Source of the DNA: Armatimonadota bacterium
GTDB lineage: Bacteria > Armatimonadota > UBA5829 > DTJY01
Direction: 5' to 3'
Length of the DNA stretch: 64,000 nucleotides
Assembly: GCA_023511795.1 (NCBI GenBank)
Contig: JAIMAU010000012.1
Span: forward strand, 2,008 to 66,007
The position numbers and the translations under genes were made by a program. The notes under the pieces are model-generated. The model ran no database searches, had not been told where the DNA came from, and worked only from the letters and a program-made list of their open reading frames with translations. This document shows, in pieces, positions 58,562-64,000 of the stretch (positions are counted from its first letter, which is position 1; every line of letters begins with the position of its first letter).

Positions 58562-59994
58562 CCTTCCCTTATATATTCACCCATTCCAAGAGTTTTCTTT
58601 ATAAAGGAAGCGGGCACCATGATGCGGCCATCTTGGACAAGCGCTTCCTTTTCCATTATTACTGGCTGAAAGTTAACTATTGCCTCTGCACTACCAAGTT
58701 GCAGGGTAATATCGTACTCTGAAGAGAGTGCCCGAACTGTCTTGGACTCGCCATCCCATACGATTGTTCCTTTTACAGCCTCAAAGACGGGCCTTATCGG
58801 AACCATCAAAACCTCACCTTGAGGTTGGGGTATCCGAAGCTTATCGCCGATTCTTATGAGGCTTGGGTCTTTTATATCATTTAGACTGATAAGCTTTGCG
58901 ACTGGCACGTCAAACTCATTGGCGATGCGAATTAAGCTATCGCCTTCTTTTACTATATACTCCGACATAATCTCTTGCTTAGTTTGGAAGGCATCTGTCT
59001 TTGCCTTGTCATCAGGTGCTTGAACAGCAATGCCAGGCTCATTGCGAATAGATTCAATTGCGCCGGCAACCGACGACTTAACAATCTGCACTTCGGGTGC
59101 ACCTTGCGCATCCGGCTCAAGAGATGAGTTTTTCTCGCCATTAAGCTTCTCATGCACAACTTCTGCAACAATCGGTGTTGTTCGTTTATATTCTTCAATG
59201 ACTGAACTCACCTTAACTACGGGTTCTTTGGCAACATCCGACTTCTTGGGCGAACTCGTAGGGAGCGCGCGAGTAGACGGCGCTACTACTGGAGCACCTT
59301 TTGAAGGATTCTTCACTATTACTCGAACCGGCTTTGAGTCTCGGCGATTATCTAAGTTGTCAATGGCCTTGACTTCGATTGTATGCGGACCGTTTGGCAC
59401 CTCAGTAGTATCCCACTCGTAAGTATACGGCGGGAAGTTCCTCATTGCCTTGACTACTTTGTCAATCGAGATTGTTACATATGGCGGTTGGCCGCTATTG
59501 TCGCGGGCCTGTATCTCTATTTTCACCTTCCCCGAAATCGTCTGCCCTTCAGTGGGATTGAGTACAGCCACTTGAGGCGGCTCGGTATCCAGCTCTTTTG
59601 ACTTATTGGATACCGTAACAACACACGTTGCCATTGCCAAGTACTGCTCGCCAGCGAACATCTGAATATCCAACCTGTGGCTGCCGTCTTTGGTGCGAAC
59701 TGTATCCCAAAGAAAACCAGCATTACCTTTTGAAACAGGCGGATTGAACGTTCTCTCCGAAATGAATTTGCCGTCCAAATAGACTTTTATGGACGAAACT
59801 TGTTGTTTATCATTCGAACGAAACTCTGCCAAAACCTGAACTTTACTGCCAGATATCACTGCGCCGTTTTTAGGTGAAGTAATAACAATTGTAGGAAGGT
59901 CCGATTCAGTGCTGTTTTGTGCGAATAAAATAGTCGCAGTAATTAAAAGGAAAAAGACGACACTGAAGGTGATTCTATAGTACGCTCTGTCCAT
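58558..59994 (-). CDS. Exported protein with Ig-like repeats, a LysM domain and a copper-amine-oxidase-N-like C-terminal domain
   Basis: Signal peptide, then two or three Ig-like repeats (GAVISGSKVQV, GQTISGKVKIEIQ). LysM is YIVKEGDSLIRIANEFDVPVAKLISLNDI...GDKLRIP. The C-terminal stalk-like domain ends RIMVPASFIKKTLG. Confidence 0.75.
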   Translation of the reverse strand: MDRAYYRITFSVVFFLLITATILFAQNSTESDLPTIVITSPKNGAVISGSKVQVLAEFRSNDKQQVSSIKVYLDGKFISERTFNPPVSKGNAGFLWDTVRTKDGSHRLDIQMFAGEQYLAMATCVVTVSNKSKELDTEPPQVAVLNPTEGQTISGKVKIEIQARDNSGQPPYVTISIDKVVKAMRNFPPYTYEWDTTEVPNGPHTIEVKAIDNLDNRRDSKPVRVIVKNPSKGAPVVAPSTRALPTSSPKKSDVAKEPVVKVSSVIEEYKRTTPIVAEVVHEKLNGEKNSSLEPDAQGAPEVQIVKSSVAGAIESIRNEPGIAVQAPDDKAKTDAFQTKQEIMSEYIVKEGDSLIRIANEFDVPVAKLISLNDIKDPSLIRIGDKLRIPQPQGEVLMVPIRPVFEAVKGTIVWDGESKTVRALSSEYDITLQLGSAEAIVNFQPVIMEKEALVQDGRIMVPASFIKKTLGMGEYIREG

Positions 59995-60096
59995 TCAATT
60001 ACCACCTTCCTGGTGTTCTAAAAGAGCCATGAAAAGCTAGTCCCCGGTGGGCAATCTATCATATTATGACTTCAAAGTCAAGTTGCCCAACTCAAG

Positions 60097-61008
60097 CTAT
60101 AGGTTTTTCTCCATAATCCAGAATATTCTGGAAACAACTGCCCCGCCAACTTTCCAATAGAAATAAAGAGGCCCGACGGCGCAAATATGGCATACAGGAT
60201 ATCCCTTCTCCCTCATGTCATCCATGCACCGCAGGAAAAGGACCCCTCCAATTCCACATCCCCTTAGGGACTGCGATGTTCCCATTGGCCCAAACCATCC
60301 TGGCCGCACAGCATCATAGGCGGCAAATCCTAGATATCTTTTCTCGCGCTCGGCAACAAAAACGGTCGGCGGCTTTAAATCACATGCAAAAACAACTTGG
60401 TGCTGCCAGCCTTGCGACCATCCATCTTCAGCCATCCAAGCAAGAAAAGCTTCTTTTTCGGTTGAATCTAATCGCCGAACAGTAATGCCTTGCTCGGCAA
60501 TCCGACTTTCAAGCGTCTTATCTGCAAAGGTACGATTTTCAAGAGCCAAATCCATGTTGTAGCTAATTTTCGTTCGCGTAAACCCCCGCCGCAAAAGAAA
60601 AGCTATTGCAGGAGTATACGCATTTGCATCTATACCAGGGGTAAAATAATGTGGCCTTGCCCACCCTGCTTCTAATTTTTGAACCCCAAGCTCCTTGAAC
60701 CGTTTTTCTATCCTGTTTAAAAGCGCTGTGGCAATTCCCTTTCCTCGATATTCGGTTTCCGTCGCCCAAGCCTTCAAGAAGCCCACACGATTATCATCCA
60801 TAGTTCGAACTACTGCATCCATAAACGCAATGGGCTTATCAGATTCAAAAGCCGCTAGGGAAAGCTCCTGGCTATAGTTCGGGTCACCTAGAACCTTATA
60901 TCTGAACAAATCAAGAGGCAGCTTATCGCACTCGGCAACGTTCCGCTGATAGATTTCCCATACTTTGGCTACATTATTTTCCGCAATGGGCTGAATTTCC
61001 ATTTTCAA
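60097..61008 (-). CDS. GNAT-family N-acetyltransferase (two-lobed)
   Basis: Acetyl-CoA-binding-like motifs RGKGIATALL and RGCGIGGVLF. TTG start 6 nt after GGGAG. Confidence 0.7.
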   Translation of the reverse strand: MKMEIQPIAENNVAKVWEIYQRNVAECDKLPLDLFRYKVLGDPNYSQELSLAAFESDKPIAFMDAVVRTMDDNRVGFLKAWATETEYRGKGIATALLNRIEKRFKELGVQKLEAGWARPHYFTPGIDANAYTPAIAFLLRRGFTRTKISYNMDLALENRTFADKTLESRIAEQGITVRRLDSTEKEAFLAWMAEDGWSQGWQHQVVFACDLKPPTVFVAEREKRYLGFAAYDAVRPGWFGPMGTSQSLRGCGIGGVLFLRCMDDMREKGYPVCHICAVGPLYFYWKVGGAVVSRIFWIMEKNL

Positions 61009-61032
61009 GAACTTCTCCCAACCTAGTGTGCT

Positions 61033-62082
61033 CTAAGGATAGCAAAAGTTCGACCAGTGAGAATCCTCGTAAATCCTTGCTTCGATATCTATGCCAAAGA
61101 ATTCGCCGATTGGCGCAAGGATTTCTGGGTTCTGCTTCCAAACTGTGTGCAACGCATTGCGAACAATCTGCACACCCTCAGGTGTCATTCTTCCAAGCGG
61201 CTGGCGGGCGGGACCGGCAGGCATTCCAAGGCCGTTCATGAGAACCTTAATGCCCAGAGGATTGCGGAAACGGTCCTGTACAACCACAACCTCGCCATTG
61301 GGCAGGCAACGCTTACTTTCGGCTTTGACTGTTACTATGCCGAAGAGTGGATTCAAAGCATCTCTGAGGGCCGTGGCGGCTTCCAAATTGCCGCTAAGGA
61401 TATTCGCCACCATTTGTGCGACGGCTTTCGGCGCAACGTTCGAGATAACTGAAATTACGCCTTGAGCCTTTATCGAAGATGACGTCATCATTTTGAAGGT
61501 CAAATCATCATCTCCTGAGAGAATGGCAAAATCACCACCAAGAAGCTCTCTTGTTCGCGCCATCCGCTCGAGGTCTCCCGTCGCCTCTTTGACCGCTCGA
61601 ATATTGGGATACTCATCCGCAAGGATTGCAAGGTCCTCAACCGCAAGCGCGGTGCCAGACCGACCAGGAATAACGTAAGGCACAAAGAATACCTCAGGAA
61701 ACATTTCCGCTAGCACGCCGTAGTACTCGTTGCGCAGTTCCAACGATGACGGCCCATTGTAGTAACAATCTACGAGAAGAGCTGCTTTAGCGCCATTTTC
61801 AAAAGCATGCTCTGTGCTCTCAGCCGCTTCCTGGGTTGAATTGCTTCCTGTGCCCGCAATGACCTGACAGCGGCCCGCACTCATGTCAAGACAAACTTTG
61901 ATTACAGAATTGTGCTCGTCCCAACTCAGCGTTGGAGACTCGCCTGTTGTCCCAGTCGGAACCAAACCAGTAATCCCTTGCTCTATCTGGAATTGGATAT
62001 TCTTTTCAAGACCCTCCCAATCAATTTCGCCATCCGCTGTCATCGGAGTAATAAGCGCAGTCCATGCCCCTCGAAAATCCAT
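61033..62082 (-). CDS. DHDPS/N-acetylneuraminate-lyase family (class I aldolase) protein with extended C-terminus
   Basis: GTTGESPTLS, YYNGPS and the Schiff-base lysine context IRAVKEATGD. It is about 50 aa longer than a typical DapA, so the dapA assignment is left open. Confidence 0.8.
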   Translation of the reverse strand: MDFRGAWTALITPMTADGEIDWEGLEKNIQFQIEQGITGLVPTGTTGESPTLSWDEHNSVIKVCLDMSAGRCQVIAGTGSNSTQEAAESTEHAFENGAKAALLVDCYYNGPSSLELRNEYYGVLAEMFPEVFFVPYVIPGRSGTALAVEDLAILADEYPNIRAVKEATGDLERMARTRELLGGDFAILSGDDDLTFKMMTSSSIKAQGVISVISNVAPKAVAQMVANILSGNLEAATALRDALNPLFGIVTVKAESKRCLPNGEVVVVQDRFRNPLGIKVLMNGLGMPAGPARQPLGRMTPEGVQIVRNALHTVWKQNPEILAPIGEFFGIDIEARIYEDSHWSNFCYP

Positions 62083-62160
62083 TGCTACCTCCCAAAGTCA
62101 GTTTGGCTTATTGTAAACTGCTATGCTCAATTTGGCAAGCCACCATCTTGTTTGCAAGTT

Positions 62161-62197
62161 TACAAAACAAAAAAGCCTTTCAGCAAAGGAAAGGCTT
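62161..62197 (-). terminator. Intrinsic terminator after the GH130 gene
   Basis: The minus strand reads AAGCCTTTC-CTTTGCT-GAAAGGCTT followed by TTTTTGTTTTGT. Confidence 0.7.
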
Positions 62198-62324
62198 ATA
62201 GGGCATTCAGCTTAATATTTGAAATTGCAAAGAGACGCAAAAGATACTTTGTGTGCAAGGCAAAAATTGCCTCAAAGCCGCATAATAGAGGTAAACTGCA
62301 AAGTGTTTAAAGGGGCGCTTTCGC

Positions 62325-63254
62325 CTAGGTGACTTTTTCTAACCTAATTTTGGTTAGATCCTTTTTATCCATCGTAGCCACACCGATTACTTTGTCGGCA
62401 CCGCCGTAGTAAACATAATACCGGCCATTCATTGAAATTGCGCCGCATGTAAAAACAACATTCGGAACTAACCCAACTTTCTCATAATCCATTTCAGGGC
62501 TTAGGACAGGTTCAGCAGACCTACCTATGACCTTAGAAGGGTCTTCTAGGTCTAGAAGCAGTATTCCGAGCCGATAATTGCGGTTGTGGTCAACGCCATG
62601 GTAGAAATTCAGCCAGCCATACTCGGTTTTGATAGGCGGTGCACCAGCGCCAATGCGATTGCAGTCCCACGAATCAGGCTGAACATGCATAAGCACTTTA
62701 TGGTCATGCCAGTGGATAAGGTCTTCGGAATATGCAATCCAAATATTAGGAAAGATTCGGTGCAGCATTACGTACTTGCCTTTTATCTTTTCAGGAAACA
62801 ACACAACATCTTTGTTGTCCATATCAGGCAAGATGCAGCCATGCTTTTTGAAGGTCTTAAAATCGGTGGTTGACAAGAGACCCACGCGACAGCGCCAAGG
62901 CACAGTGTGAATAGCAGACGGATGAACCTCACAACAGGGATAAACCGAAACACCTGTGTATGTAATGTAGTAGGTGTCATCTATGCGGGTAATCCGAGGG
63001 TCCTCAACTCCTAACCGCTCCAGCTCATCGCCGACAGATTCATAAATTGGCATGCTGTGACGCTCAATCACGTCCAAGCCATTTTTGCTAGCGGCATAGC
63101 CAAAACGAGACACACCATCCTCACCGATTGCCCGATAGATAATATGGACAGTTCCATTCGATCTTGCGGCTGCACAATTAAAGACTGCTTTATTCTCCCA
63201 CCAGCGCTCGGTGGGCGTAAGTACGGGATTACCTTCGTAACGCTCTAGCTCCAT
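62325..63254 (-). CDS. Glycoside hydrolase family 130 protein (mannoside phosphorylase-like, DUF377-type)
   Basis: The N-terminus YEGNPVLTP...WENKAVFNCAA...IYRAIG is typical of GH130 five-bladed propellers. No signal peptide. Confidence 0.8.
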   Translation of the reverse strand: MELERYEGNPVLTPTERWWENKAVFNCAAARSNGTVHIIYRAIGEDGVSRFGYAASKNGLDVIERHSMPIYESVGDELERLGVEDPRITRIDDTYYITYTGVSVYPCCEVHPSAIHTVPWRCRVGLLSTTDFKTFKKHGCILPDMDNKDVVLFPEKIKGKYVMLHRIFPNIWIAYSEDLIHWHDHKVLMHVQPDSWDCNRIGAGAPPIKTEYGWLNFYHGVDHNRNYRLGILLLDLEDPSKVIGRSAEPVLSPEMDYEKVGLVPNVVFTCGAISMNGRYYVYYGGADKVIGVATMDKKDLTKIRLEKVT

Positions 63255-63550
63255 TGGTAGACCTTAAAACTCTAACTGGTTCTAAAGTTTGTTTTGGAGA
63301 TTTTTCTTTCATGCGGCAACTGCGCCAGCACAATGCAAACAAGCATTCTTTTCTATCAAAATACTATCACAAAAACACCGAAGTGTCAAGATTCTATAAC
63401 ACTTATGTCACACTTTCGTCTAACTTTGATTCTTTTCCCCTATGAATTGTTCCACGATTTGCTGAACTCTTCATAGTGCTTTCTTATGCTATGCGAAGAT
63501 TGTCTTATTGGCAAGAGGTTTCAGCAATTTTTTGTAGAATTTTTGATGAA

Positions 63551-64000
63551 ATGATGCACATCAAACCGATGAGTAACCATCTTCTGCGAAAAGTAGCGGT
63601 ACTTTCAATATTCGGAATAAGCTTGGCAAACCTTAGCAGTGTGAAAGCCGAGTGCTTAGAAGGATTCGTTAAGAGCCCCTGGTTTAATGAACAGGTACGG
63701 GAAATACGAAATGACTCAGGAATACGGATGCTCATAAACGCTCCTGCACCCTTCCGCCATGACCTCCCTACTCTAGCTATTTTTTACGGAACACCAAACG
63801 GAAATACTATCGAACAAACCTTGGGAACCGCGATGGTAGAATGCCTTGACTGGCGTTTTGATATTCAGCACATCGCCGCACAAACTCGGCTTCTGAGAAG
63901 GTTGGACAAGAAAAGGAATATAGTGCTCATATGCATGGAAACCAGCGAGTTGAGCTGGCCTGCTTGGCGCCGGCAACATTCCAACGACACTCAGATTATC
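63551..64000 (+). CDS. Partial CDS (5' part), exported hypothetical protein, runs off the window
   Basis: Not in the supplied track because no stop is reached. I translated it by hand: 150 codons are open from ATG 63551 (MMHIKPMSNHLLRKVAVLSIFGISLANLSSVKAECLEGF...). The N-terminus is signal-peptide-like. Confidence 0.55.
   Translation, partial: MMHIKPMSNHLLRKVAVLSIFGISLANLSSVKAECLEGFVKSPWFNEQVREIRNDSGIRMLINAPAPFRHDLPTLAIFYGTPNGNTIEQTLGTAMVECLDWRFDIQHIAAQTRLLRRLDKKRNIVLICMETSELSWPAWRRQHSNDTQII

Overview
This is a 64-kb chromosomal segment from a bacterium I cannot place taxonomically from sequence alone. An outer membrane (diderm envelope) is suggested by a GT9 heptosyltransferase-family gene, a PEP-CTERM protein and type IV pilus/T2SS parts. 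Genes are densely packed: about 56 protein genes and one tRNA-Ala(GGC), mostly housekeeping. From left to right the window holds: a GAF histidine kinase; a sugar-utilisation cluster (two ABC importers without ATPase genes, a signal-peptide-less sulfatase, an AraA-like isomerase, a Gfo/Idh/MocA oxidoreductase); a PEP-CTERM protein and GT9; tRNA-Ala; pilT; MTAP; a STAS/GT4/CBS cluster; a homocysteine methyltransferase; gcvH; a CheY-like receiver; rho; hpt-guaA; groES-groEL with a perfect CIRCE operator; gap-pgk-tpiA; rapZ-yvcK; ogt; uvrC; uvrA; panBC; a folK-gspF-gspF-J-domain operon; selB; a BMP lipoprotein; lpdA; anmK; and a LysM protein/GNAT/DHDPS-family/GH130 group. The stretch that ordinary annotation does not explain lies between uvrA and a second oxidoreductase (43.2-44.96 kb). 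It holds an orphan gene of unknown function with its own RBS and terminator, and upstream of it a ~206-bp array of about ten tandem 21-bp units built from alternating GTACAA/TTGTAC half-sites, one per helical turn. Other notable points are an atypical CUT1 importer (binding protein fused to the permease; partner permease with five tandem ~70-aa extracytoplasmic modules), a 620-bp intergenic region with a likely ~370-nt leader, tandem GspF paralogues coupled to folK and a J-domain membrane protein, and several strong hairpins lacking U-tracts. All calls come from reading the sequence and translations by eye. No database search was run, and promoter and terminator calls are low-confidence pattern matches.
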